IMG/VR virus record: IMGVR_UViG_3300023170_004110
Span: 1 to 49,738 of that record
DNA length: 49,738 nucleotides
Reading direction: 5' to 3' (one strand)
DNA from: a virus
Taxonomy: Duplodnaviria; Caudoviricetes
In this document: positions 1 through 8,595 of the stretch, piece after piece
Layout of the letters: the number at the start of each line of letters is the position of its first letter
How positions within the stretch are numbered: the first letter of the stretch is position 1
Position numbers and translations under genes: made by a program
Notes under the pieces: generated by a model
What the model was told of the DNA's origin: nothing
What the model saw: the letters and a program-made list of their open reading frames with translations, nothing else
Database searches by the model: none

Positions 1-441
1 ATTCTTAGGATGACCGCAATTCCATAATACACAACTACTCCAATTTTTCCTCGGATATATACTTTGTCGTCTATGATCCATCTTTATTTTTTTCTTAGGT
101 TTGTAATCATGTTTTGCACATAATACGGCATAGTTATCTGCATTAATTGTATACTTAAATAATTCTTGTACATCATGTAAGAACAAAAAATCACAATCAA
201 TGAATAATGCCCATCCTTCAAATCCTGAAAGATATGGAACTAAAAATCTACTAAAAGTAAATTCAGTTGATCCTAACTGATCAACTCTTCTATAATAATG
301 ACCTTCTTTTCTTAATTCTTTTAAGTTTAAAGGTATTATTTCTATATCAAATTTTGCCTTTGTAGTTTCTATTATACTGTCTTCGCACACTTTGTATGCA
401 ATATCTTCTCTAGAATCATATCCGATAAAAATTTTATACAT
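1..441 (-). CDS. GT-A fold glycosyltransferase (GT8-like), partial, runs off the left edge
   Basis: Manual translation from ATG 441: MYKIFIGYDSREDIAY...STEFTFSRFLVPYL...ALFIDCDFLF (DxD)...YPRKNWSS; not in the ORF track because it is truncated. Confidence 0.8.
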   Translation of the reverse strand, partial: MYKIFIGYDSREDIAYKVCEDSIIETTKAKFDIEIIPLNLKELRKEGHYYRRVDQLGSTEFTFSRFLVPYLSGFEGWALFIDCDFLFLHDVQELFKYTINADNYAVLCAKHDYKPKKKIKMDHRRQSIYPRKNWSSCVLWNCGHPKN

Positions 442-455
442 GCTAGTATATTCTC

Positions 456-872
456 CTAATGTAAATTGGCATTATTCACGATAATTTTTTTGATAAACGA
501 TTTTGTTCCGTGTGTAAATTTTATGCTTACACAATCTCCGGTTTTTAATTTTAAGATATTTCTTAATTTTTCTGTATGTCCAATTTCAACCCAATTAGGA
601 CGCTTTTTGTAATTAAAATCAGGAGGTTTTATAATTATTGCAGGTATATCATTTATGCAACAATTTCCAATTTTAATTTTTTTACCTTGTAAATTTCCAT
701 CAGTAATAGTGTATTCAGAATGCCATTGGATGTCAGGTCTATGGGTATCTAATAATACATTTAAAGTGCCTGGATACAAAGAAGGCATATAATTCTTCAT
801 CCAAATATTTGAACCTCCTAAACCTTCTATTATTATTCCTTTAAGTGTTAAAATATTTATTTCTGACACCAA
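456..872 (-). CDS. CTP-dependent riboflavin kinase-like protein (DUF120 type)
   Basis: Motifs GxIxxGLG, YPGTLNV, VEI...LRxxLxLKxGDxVxI of the archaeal-type CTP-dependent riboflavin kinase fold. Confidence 0.7.
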   Translation of the reverse strand: MVSEINILTLKGIIIEGLGGSNIWMKNYMPSLYPGTLNVLLDTHRPDIQWHSEYTITDGNLQGKKIKIGNCCINDIPAIIIKPPDFNYKKRPNWVEIGHTEKLRNILKLKTGDCVSIKFTHGTKSFIKKIIVNNANLH

Positions 873-1486
873 AGGGTAGACCTTTTCTTTTGTTTTGGAT
901 CATCGTCGCTTGTTTCGCGTATTATGTCAACTTTTTTATAAAAACTTTTTAAAACTTCTATTTGTTTTATTTGTTCTGCTGATTTTCCATTTGTCTCAAA
1001 TAAACAGTAATTACTATTTTGATATACCCAAGCAATTAAATTTTCCCAATTTTTTATCCACATACACACTGATAAAAGAAAAATTACATCTATTGGGTTG
1101 TTTAAAAAATTTATAATAAGGTTAAGATCTTCATTATCTAAATCAAAAGTATAAAAACTTAAATTATTGTAATTATGACTATTTGAAATCCGTGTAGCAA
1201 CATTAATTAATTTAGGATTATAATCTATTCCAACACCTTCTTTTATTTTATTTTGTAGTTCAAAAAGCATTCCGCCTTGATTACAACCTATATCTAAAAT
1301 TATTTTTTCTTGAAAATTGTAATTAAGATTTTCTAATCTATATAAAGGTTTCCGTTGTCCTAAAATTGTTTTTCCATGTATGTTTAAAGTGTGATAACCT
1401 GCATCATAATTTCGACCATTGTAAGTTTTATCACTGAGTGTGGTATAAGTTAATAAATTTTTTATCTTTGTAAAATTATCATCCAT
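857..1486 (-). CDS. class I SAM-dependent methyltransferase
   Basis: Motif I ILDIGCNQG, GVGIDYN, DVIFLLSV. Confidence 0.85.
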   Translation of the reverse strand: MDDNFTKIKNLLTYTTLSDKTYNGRNYDAGYHTLNIHGKTILGQRKPLYRLENLNYNFQEKIILDIGCNQGGMLFELQNKIKEGVGIDYNPKLINVATRISNSHNYNNLSFYTFDLDNEDLNLIINFLNNPIDVIFLLSVCMWIKNWENLIAWVYQNSNYCLFETNGKSAEQIKQIEVLKSFYKKVDIIRETSDDDPKQKKRSTLWCQK

Positions 1487-2196
1487 TAATTAAATGTCCT
1501 ATCGTTTGTTGTATGTGAATATTTAGTTCTTTCAAATAATGACGTAGGATTTAACATTACTATACTTGGTACAGAATAATGTATTTTACAATACAGTAAG
1601 TTAGGTTGAATATCTGCTGGTAAGATGCCATATTTTTTTGTCGCTTCTATTAATAATCTTGCACCTGCAGGCTTAATAATATAACCGAATGCACCTCTAA
1701 TATTATTATTGTTAATGTACTTGAAAGGTCTAGTAAGTTTTGCTTTTTCTTTCTTTTCTTTTAATTCTTGTATAGAAAATGGTCTATGATCTTTTTCTAC
1801 TTCTGTCAAGTAATTGTAATCGGGATGGTCTAGATATATATGCCTATTGTAGTCTAAATGAAGATAGTGACTAAATTTTGTGGTTACAAAATTTGGAAGG
1901 GGTTTTCTAAAAATTGCGTCATATTCTAAAATACCAATAGGAATCCTTTTCCTTAGGCATTTGTGCCATAAAAAATAATGTGAAAGGAAACAGCCTAAAA
2001 CACCATTATGTTTTATTTTATATTTTCCTAATGGATTTATAAATAACTGTTCGTTTTTTATTATGTTGTCTATATTAGAATATATACCTGGATACGGTTG
2101 TGCAAGAATATTAAATTTTTTTGCAGATTGTAATGCTTCTTGTAAATAAATTTCAGATCTCTCGTCTCCTTGTTTGTATATACAATGAAATATCAT
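1486..2196 (-). CDS. glycosyltransferase family 25-like
   Basis: GVLGCFLSHYFLW, ILEYDA, GAFGYIIKPAGARLLI..PAD motifs. Confidence 0.8.
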   Translation of the reverse strand: MIFHCIYKQGDERSEIYLQEALQSAKKFNILAQPYPGIYSNIDNIIKNEQLFINPLGKYKIKHNGVLGCFLSHYFLWHKCLRKRIPIGILEYDAIFRKPLPNFVTTKFSHYLHLDYNRHIYLDHPDYNYLTEVEKDHRPFSIQELKEKKEKAKLTRPFKYINNNNIRGAFGYIIKPAGARLLIEATKKYGILPADIQPNLLYCKIHYSVPSIVMLNPTSLFERTKYSHTTNDRTFN

Positions 2197-2648
2197 AAAG
2201 AAGCATCTTCCATACCAGCTACACGCAATTTAACAATATTTGTTATTTGCCATTGTTTTTGGTCAAGCCCTTTAAGGATTCCTAACCATTTATTCCTTAA
2301 TAAGGCAAACTCATTTACTATTTTTTCAAAATCAACTACATCTAGTTCTCCGTCTACATATTTTTCAACATCGCGACTAGACAATGCTCGTTGATAATTT
2401 TCTAAATACTTTTTGAAAAAAGAGCTTCGTAATTTCCTTAGTTCAATATTCAAATAATTTAATATAGCTTCTATTTCTTGCAATTGATTGAAACGATGTT
2501 CTACAATTCCCGGAAGCTCTGCAGCAAGTTTTTCAACATTTCCTTTAACCTTACATTCAAGTTTTGCATCTCTTAATTCAGTTTCAAAATGCAATATAGC
2601 ATCCGGAATTTTTCCAATGTCTCTTGCTACTTCGCTATACCAGCCCAT
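2193..2648 (-). CDS. uvsY: UvsY recombination mediator
   Basis: 151-aa helical protein ending QITNIVKLRVAG; downstream of uvsX. Confidence 0.8.
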   Translation of the reverse strand: MGWYSEVARDIGKIPDAILHFETELRDAKLECKVKGNVEKLAAELPGIVEHRFNQLQEIEAILNYLNIELRKLRSSFFKKYLENYQRALSSRDVEKYVDGELDVVDFEKIVNEFALLRNKWLGILKGLDQKQWQITNIVKLRVAGMEDASL

Positions 2649-2656
2649 TTATCCTT

Positions 2657-2866
2657 TCAATATTCTTCATCCTCGTCTATGTCTAGATAATAGGAAATTG
2701 CAATATCAAGTGTGTTACAATTTCCTAATGAATTTTTCATTGCATCATCTGTTGTTCCAAAGTCTGCAAGTAGTTCTACAAAATGTTCTGCTGCAACTGT
2801 TAACTGTTTCTTATCACAGTGTTCTCGGAATAAACTCCAAATTTCAACTATCTGCTGTTCCGTCAT
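2657..2866 (-). CDS. small acidic hypothetical protein
   Basis: 69-aa ORF between uvsX and uvsY on the same strand. Confidence 0.6.
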   Translation of the reverse strand: MTEQQIVEIWSLFREHCDKKQLTVAAEHFVELLADFGTTDDAMKNSLGNCNTLDIAISYYLDIDEDEEY

Positions 2867-3920
2867 CCTCTATAATCTCCTCTTCCATAGATGGAGTATT
2901 TATATCTTTACGTTTATTTGGGTAGTCTTGCATCACCATATCTAATAGTTCGCCAGTCCAATTTTTTCTGTATTCTTTGTGTTCATTTCCTTCACTGTCA
3001 ATATATCGTAACCTATTTCCGTCTTTAACAAGGTGTCCTTGCTTTTCAAAAAGGTCAACAAGACCACTGTAAGGATTCATACCGGTTTCATAAGGAATCT
3101 TAACCTGTACACCTTCAAACGGTTTTGCATAACGTGTTTTCATTACCTTACAAGCTGCACGGATACCTTGCACTTCTGAAGTTTTGTTACCGTCTTCGTC
3201 TTCTTTTAGTTTGAGTTTTTTCATTGCAACTACAATACTACTTGCATAGATAAAACCTTGTCCACCTGAAATCTTATCATCTGGATCAAACATGTCTTGA
3301 CTAGCATATGTATGATTTGTTGCTACAAGTCCTACGTTATGACTGCCGAACATATTAACACAATTCCTTACAAGTGCAGTAAGTGCTTTAGGTTTCCTGC
3401 CCATATCACCTTTAAGATCGCCCTTACCAAATTGATCAACATCAGTTGGTGTTAGTAACATGCCTAAGCTGTCGATAACAAATAGTACTTTAGGTTTGTC
3501 TTCTCCTTCTAAATTTTTGTAGTCGTCAATAAAAACTGAGATAGTTTTAGCTACATCATCAATCATACTCATGTTTAATTTAAGTAGCTTTTTTTCGCTT
3601 GTGTCAACGTTTAAATTCCTAAGCCAGTCTTCATCAAGTGCATTCTCACTGTCGATAAGCACAACAAAAATGTCTTGGTCTTGTGCTGCTTTTACAATGT
3701 TACCTGCACAAATATAACTCTTACCTGCACCAGATTCGCCTGCAAATACACTTACTTTACCTAATGGAATGCCTTTGTGAAAATCGCCTGAAATAAGATA
3801 GTTTAGTGCATAGTTGCCAGTTGAAATCCAATCAGTTGGATCATTAAAACCAGCACTCATGCCTGTAATAGATTTTGTTAATTGTGTTCTAAATTTACTT
3901 GGATCAAATGCTTTTGCCAT
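2844..3920 (-). CDS. uvsX: UvsX/RecA-like recombinase
   Basis: Walker A GESGAGKS, IDSENA, VIDSLGML, TNHTY, SGGQGFIYASS. Confidence 0.95.
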   Translation of the reverse strand: MAKAFDPSKFRTQLTKSITGMSAGFNDPTDWISTGNYALNYLISGDFHKGIPLGKVSVFAGESGAGKSYICAGNIVKAAQDQDIFVVLIDSENALDEDWLRNLNVDTSEKKLLKLNMSMIDDVAKTISVFIDDYKNLEGEDKPKVLFVIDSLGMLLTPTDVDQFGKGDLKGDMGRKPKALTALVRNCVNMFGSHNVGLVATNHTYASQDMFDPDDKISGGQGFIYASSIVVAMKKLKLKEDEDGNKTSEVQGIRAACKVMKTRYAKPFEGVQVKIPYETGMNPYSGLVDLFEKQGHLVKDGNRLRYIDSEGNEHKEYRKNWTGELLDMVMQDYPNKRKDINTPSMEEEIIEDDGTADS

Positions 3921-3944
3921 AATTATGCCTTAAAAAGTCAGAAT

Positions 3945-3967
3945 GCAAGGAACAAATTGTTCCTTGC
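3945..3967 (-). terminator. stem-loop between gp32 and uvsX, possible intrinsic terminator or processing site
   Basis: GCAAGGAACA-AAT-TGTTCCTTGC 10-bp stem; followed on the minus strand by ATTCTGACTTTTT. Confidence 0.55.
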
Positions 3968-3976
3968 TAATATGTG

Positions 3977-4936
3977 TTAGTCTGCTTGTCTTGCTCGGAT
4001 CATTGCAAGGATGTCTTTTGCGTTATCTCCGCCACTAGAAGTTTCTGCTACTACAGGTTCGCTTATTGTTACAGTTTCTTCTTTTGTTTCAACTACAGTA
4101 GTTGTAGTAGGAGTAGAACTTACACTAGTATTAGGATCTCCAGTCATTGCAGACATTCCTGCTGGGCGGAAGTATTGACCCCACTGATCACTATCATAGG
4201 CTTCTCCGTCAACACTTGCTTCAAACATCTGTTGCATGATTTTAATCTCAACATCAGTTGGCTTCTTTGGAAGGAAATCATTTAGGCTGAACAAACCAAA
4301 TGAATTAATTGCATGCATTTCTTTGTCGTTTAGTGGACGCTCTCTACGTGCCCAATTACTTGTTGAGTAATCAGCAAAGCCTCCTTTAGACGTTTTATTA
4401 AGCCGGAAGTCAATACCACTTGTATAATCAGTTGGCAATTCTTCCATGTCTGGATCCATTAGTGCTTGCTTGATAATTTGGAAGATTTGAGGCCCAATGA
4501 TAAATCTACGGATAGGATTTTCTGGAACACTTTCTTCTTTTAGTGGATCATCATTTACAAATCCTTGGAAAAGATATGAACGCTTTTTCCAATATCGACG
4601 ACCCATTTCTTCTAGGTTAGGATCTTTAAACCAGCCACGTACCTCATTAAGGATGGCACAGCTCTCGCCATACATTTCCATACAAGGGATTTGTACCTGT
4701 ACTGGCTTACTATCGGTTTCTCCTTTTACACCTGCAAAAGGAAGTTTGATCATTAGTCGCTCTCGCCAGAAAAAAGTATTGTTGTTGTCACCGTCTGGAA
4801 GGAACCTAAGAGATGCAGTAGTACCCTCTGCCATATTCCAAAAGGGATAGATACCGTTATCACCACCGGATGTGTTTCCACCTTGTCTTGATTCTTGTTC
4901 TTTGAGTTTTGCTCGAATTTCTGCTAAAGTTGCCAT
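3977..4936 (-). CDS. 32: single-stranded DNA-binding protein (T4 gp32-like)
   Basis: LRFLPD, CMEMYGESC, YWKKRSY, FxLxKTSKGGFADY, low-complexity C-terminal tail; next to uvsX. Confidence 0.9.
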   Translation of the reverse strand: MATLAEIRAKLKEQESRQGGNTSGGDNGIYPFWNMAEGTTASLRFLPDGDNNNTFFWRERLMIKLPFAGVKGETDSKPVQVQIPCMEMYGESCAILNEVRGWFKDPNLEEMGRRYWKKRSYLFQGFVNDDPLKEESVPENPIRRFIIGPQIFQIIKQALMDPDMEELPTDYTSGIDFRLNKTSKGGFADYSTSNWARRERPLNDKEMHAINSFGLFSLNDFLPKKPTDVEIKIMQQMFEASVDGEAYDSDQWGQYFRPAGMSAMTGDPNTSVSSTPTTTTVVETKEETVTISEPVVAETSSGGDNAKDILAMIRARQAD

Positions 4937-5003
4937 AATATGCCTTTCTATAAATTGTTAAATGTGCCTTAGCTGTTGCCTTAAATGTGTAGCACAAACA
5001 TAT

Positions 5004-5032
5004 ATGCTACACGAGTATTTACCAAATGTCAA
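5004..5032 (-). promoter_or_regulatory. sigma70-like promoter with a nested late-promoter motif upstream of gp32
   Basis: Minus strand TTGACA (5032-5027), 17 nt, TAGCAT (5009-5004); GGTAAATA lies within the spacer. Confidence 0.6.
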
Positions 5033-5056
5033 TAATTAAATTACTGATTTGATAGA

Positions 5057-5242
5057 TTATTTGTGTTCATCTGTGCAGTGTGTGTGCCAGTATGAACTTC
5101 CGTGTTGATCGTCATGATCATGATGTTGCCATGAATTGCAATGATCGTGCGCATGCATTCGTGACATATGGTGTTCTCTGTGTGGTGTAGTACAAGCTGC
5201 GAGTAAAATAGTTGCAGCCGCTACAGTAAAAAATAATTTCAT
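5057..5242 (-). CDS. small His-rich lipoprotein
   Basis: Signal peptide with lipobox LAAC; 13 His in the 45-residue mature chain; AAGGA RBS. Confidence 0.75.
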   Translation of the reverse strand: MKLFFTVAAATILLAACTTPHREHHMSRMHAHDHCNSWQHHDHDDQHGSSYWHTHCTDEHK

Positions 5243-5251
5243 AATTTCCTT

Positions 5252-6997
5252 TTATGCTATTCCAGCAAGCTTCAAAATATCTTGTGCTTCTGTACTGTAC
5301 TTATCTTTAATTCTACCAAGCTCTTCTTGATTGGCGCCATCTCTTCCTGCTTGAGCAAGTGCAGCCATGCCATCTTTACCATATTTCTTTTTACCAATAT
5401 GATATTGTAAACCGGATTCGTCTACATCGTTTTCGTAGGTCTTTGTGAATTGCGGATCAACTTCGTGTATTTTATTGCCATACATCATTTTTAATTTATG
5501 GAACGCAGAATTAGGCAATACCATGACTTCTGAATTTTCATCAGCAACTTCTATGTAACCGGCAAATCTTCTGTCATTCTGTATGTCATAATAATCTTCC
5601 ATGTTAGGAACTACAAAATATCGTCTATCACTTTTTGGTTTCGGATCAATTAAGTCTTCTTCAAAATCATCATCCATCAAAACACCATCGTCATCAGCGT
5701 TATAACCGTGGTATTCTTGGAACTTTTGATTGATAGCTTCGATAAATTGTTTGGCTGGATTGATTAGATTTTCGCCATAATCCTTTTCCACAGCAGTTAA
5801 AACAGCAGTTTCTCCCTTAGGAAACTGGCCTGTTTCTCTATCATACATGCTTAGAATAAATTCTGTAACTGGTACTCTTTGTTTAGGCTTAAGATCATCT
5901 TCTGAAAGAGCATTATCTATCATCTCGTCTGCCCATTCTGCAAATTCATTGAATGTATCTTCATCTTTCTCAGCTTCTTCTATATCTTCTTCACTGTCTA
6001 CTTCATCAATAATATTGTCAGCAGTAATTTTCGTAGCTTGTTTTTCGCTAATTAATTTGTAAATATAAGGAAACACTTCTTGTAATTCTTCGTTGAATTG
6101 CTTGATAGTTAATTGATCAATCCAATTTTCTGCAACATCTTGTGGAACTTCTTGTAGATCTTCATTACTGAAATTTTCTACCATTTCTCGATATCTATTT
6201 TCTTTTTGGATGCTTTCGATAGTTTTCTTTACAGTTGTAATACGGTCATTTACAATGTCTGCATATTCAGATAAGCCTTCTGCCATAACACTTGACCGAC
6301 TTACATAGTTTTTAAACTTTTTTAGTTTACCTAATTCTTCGCTCAGACCTACAATGTGCTTGCCAAAATCATCATGCATTGTGCCGCCTTCGGAGACGTG
6401 TCTTGCCATTGCTCGTGCGCCATTCAAATGCTTGATTGGATATTTAAAACGTTCGCCTTCCGCATTTTCTACATATATATTTTCAATGTACTGCGTCCTT
6501 CCGCTTTGTAAAGCATGATTGACTGGTTGTGAATGCTTAATACTTATTCTTGCAGATCCGATATCTTGATAACTAGTTTTACTAGTTCCGTATAATTTTG
6601 ATTCTGTCATTTTTCCTTCTCCAACAGTTTGGGCTAAAAATTGATAATCTCTTTTATTAAGATTACTTTTAGTAATATCTTGTATATCAAAGTTCAAAAG
6701 TCTTTTCATACTAAAATGTCGTAATTCTCTTAAAAAATTGTACCAATTTTTCTTTGTAATTTTATCTTGATTTTCAACAAAATTTTGTGCAAACATTACA
6801 TTTAAACTTGTTTCGTCTAAGCTAATACTTACTTTTCCTAATGAGGTACTGCTTTCATTATAGTCGAAATCAAAAAATCTCGCTTCTTGAGGATTATTTG
6901 TTACGTTACCGTCTTTGTCCCCAAGTGTAATACGAGGACATCTTCCTCGTATTTTGTTAAACAACTCTTCACCTATAAAATTTATATTCTTTTCCAT
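5252..6997 (-). CDS. hypothetical acidic protein, probably head-associated (start revised to ATG 6997)
   Basis: Long ORF; GATAAATA 5 nt before ATG 6997; ends DILKLAGIA. Confidence 0.65.
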   Translation of the reverse strand: MEKNINFIGEELFNKIRGRCPRITLGDKDGNVTNNPQEARFFDFDYNESSTSLGKVSISLDETSLNVMFAQNFVENQDKITKKNWYNFLRELRHFSMKRLLNFDIQDITKSNLNKRDYQFLAQTVGEGKMTESKLYGTSKTSYQDIGSARISIKHSQPVNHALQSGRTQYIENIYVENAEGERFKYPIKHLNGARAMARHVSEGGTMHDDFGKHIVGLSEELGKLKKFKNYVSRSSVMAEGLSEYADIVNDRITTVKKTIESIQKENRYREMVENFSNEDLQEVPQDVAENWIDQLTIKQFNEELQEVFPYIYKLISEKQATKITADNIIDEVDSEEDIEEAEKDEDTFNEFAEWADEMIDNALSEDDLKPKQRVPVTEFILSMYDRETGQFPKGETAVLTAVEKDYGENLINPAKQFIEAINQKFQEYHGYNADDDGVLMDDDFEEDLIDPKPKSDRRYFVVPNMEDYYDIQNDRRFAGYIEVADENSEVMVLPNSAFHKLKMMYGNKIHEVDPQFTKTYENDVDESGLQYHIGKKKYGKDGMAALAQAGRDGANQEELGRIKDKYSTEAQDILKLAGIA

Positions 6998-7002
6998 AAA
7001 AG

Positions 7003-7010
7003 TATTTATC
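7003..7010 (-). promoter_or_regulatory. T4-type late promoter GATAAATA
   Basis: TAAATA core recurs before many structural genes in this window. Confidence 0.6.
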
Positions 7011-8589
7011 AATAATTCGTACTGACAAAGATAGGCATTGGTGCTTGGTAATCTTCTTCTTCTTCCATGCTTTTAAAACTATTGTATATTCTAGGATCCC
7101 AATCTCTTAAAACAGTAATAATTCTAAGACATAATAATAATGCACTTATCAGATCGTCGCTTTCGCCAAGCTTTGCTTTGTATGTAGACCCTGTTGCTAC
7201 AAAATTTTTAAGTTCGCTTATCAAAGGACCACTAGCTATTTCCATCTTATTAGATTCTATCATTATTTTAAGTTTACTACAAGATGTTATTTTTGAACCA
7301 TGCGTTGTATTAAACCCTTTTCTAAATTTCCTTACGTGACCTTTTCTTATTGGCTCACTTATAAATAACCCAGGAATATTTTCCTCACCAAAATCGTTTA
7401 TTACTAGTAGAGCTGCTTCTCCTATCGCGTTATTTTCTACACTCCAATATATTCCATTCTTATTATCTAACTTTGATTCAATATAATCACAAATATCTTT
7501 TAATACCCTAACCTGTCCGGGTATTGCTGTAGTGTTATGACGCCATTCACCTATTTGCTTATAAGTAGGTAATTCTATTATTTGTATAGCAGCAAAATCT
7601 CCGCCTGTTCCCATACTAGGGTCTAGTCCAACTACATAAGTTGCATCTGCTTTTATTTTTTCATACCAACGGGTTTGACCCATATTAACAATTACATCTT
7701 TTGGCTCCATATTTGCCAAAGTAATGCTGTTAATTAAGGTTTCGTCATAAACTAAAAATTCACAACCATATTCACGACGAAACCGTTCCTCACCAATCCT
7801 ACCCATTTCAGCTTCACGCCATTTATCGTCTCTATCAGGGTGCTCATCCCAATGTACCGTAAAACTATGGAATCCGTTTATGCCTAACTCTTGTTCATTT
7901 CCGTGATCATCAAATTTTTGTTCTGCTTGCTTCCATATAGTTGCAAATGTATCTTCATCTGAATTAGGAGTGCTGGTGATTATAGCACGACCACCTGTTG
8001 CAAGAGTTGGAGAAATAGATGTCCAAAATTCTTCTGCAATATTAGGTGCTACAAATGCAAACTCGTCACAATAAAGTAAAGAAATACTCATACCTCTACC
8101 TGTATTATCAGTTGTAGTTGCACTTACGATACGAGAACCGTTTTCAAATTCTATACTGCCTTTGTTATAACTTGTAACTCCTGCTCTTATATAATCCGGA
8201 CACATTTCATAAACATATCTAACCCTTTGCATAATTTCTTGTGCGCCTGTGTATTTGTGAGCTGCAATCAAAATAGTTTGATCAGGATTGAACATTGCAA
8301 ACCAAGTTAGATAGATTGCTGCACAAGTAGTTTTACCAGTTTGTCTTGGCAACATGTTAATATTGAATCTATAACTATGATATGTATTAAATAACCTTAC
8401 TTGGTATTCAAATGGATCAAATTTTAATTTGCCTTTTACAGGATGTTGAATATATGCAAAATTTTTAGAGAAGTATAAGTATCCATCTTGAGGATCCATG
8501 CATTTCATAAGATCCTCAATCTGTTCATTTGTGTAAGTTTCTGTTTGATTTGCTTTTTTAGTTATTACACCATCAAGTGATTTACTCAT
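7009..8589 (-). CDS. terL: terminase large subunit (T4 gp17-like)
   Basis: Walker A PRQTGKTT, Walker B LLYCDEFAF, TSTPN, FRREYGCEF, nuclease VGLDPSMG and DDLI motifs. Confidence 0.97.
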   Translation of the reverse strand: MSKSLDGVITKKANQTETYTNEQIEDLMKCMDPQDGYLYFSKNFAYIQHPVKGKLKFDPFEYQVRLFNTYHSYRFNINMLPRQTGKTTCAAIYLTWFAMFNPDQTILIAAHKYTGAQEIMQRVRYVYEMCPDYIRAGVTSYNKGSIEFENGSRIVSATTTDNTGRGMSISLLYCDEFAFVAPNIAEEFWTSISPTLATGGRAIITSTPNSDEDTFATIWKQAEQKFDDHGNEQELGINGFHSFTVHWDEHPDRDDKWREAEMGRIGEERFRREYGCEFLVYDETLINSITLANMEPKDVIVNMGQTRWYEKIKADATYVVGLDPSMGTGGDFAAIQIIELPTYKQIGEWRHNTTAIPGQVRVLKDICDYIESKLDNKNGIYWSVENNAIGEAALLVINDFGEENIPGLFISEPIRKGHVRKFRKGFNTTHGSKITSCSKLKIMIESNKMEIASGPLISELKNFVATGSTYKAKLGESDDLISALLLCLRIITVLRDWDPRIYNSFKSMEEEEDYQAPMPIFVSTNY

Positions 8590-8595
8590 TGTTTT

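Noticed and set aside
7009-8589. Intein or intron in terL or uvsX
   Set aside because: Normal lengths and contiguous motifs; no splicing signatures
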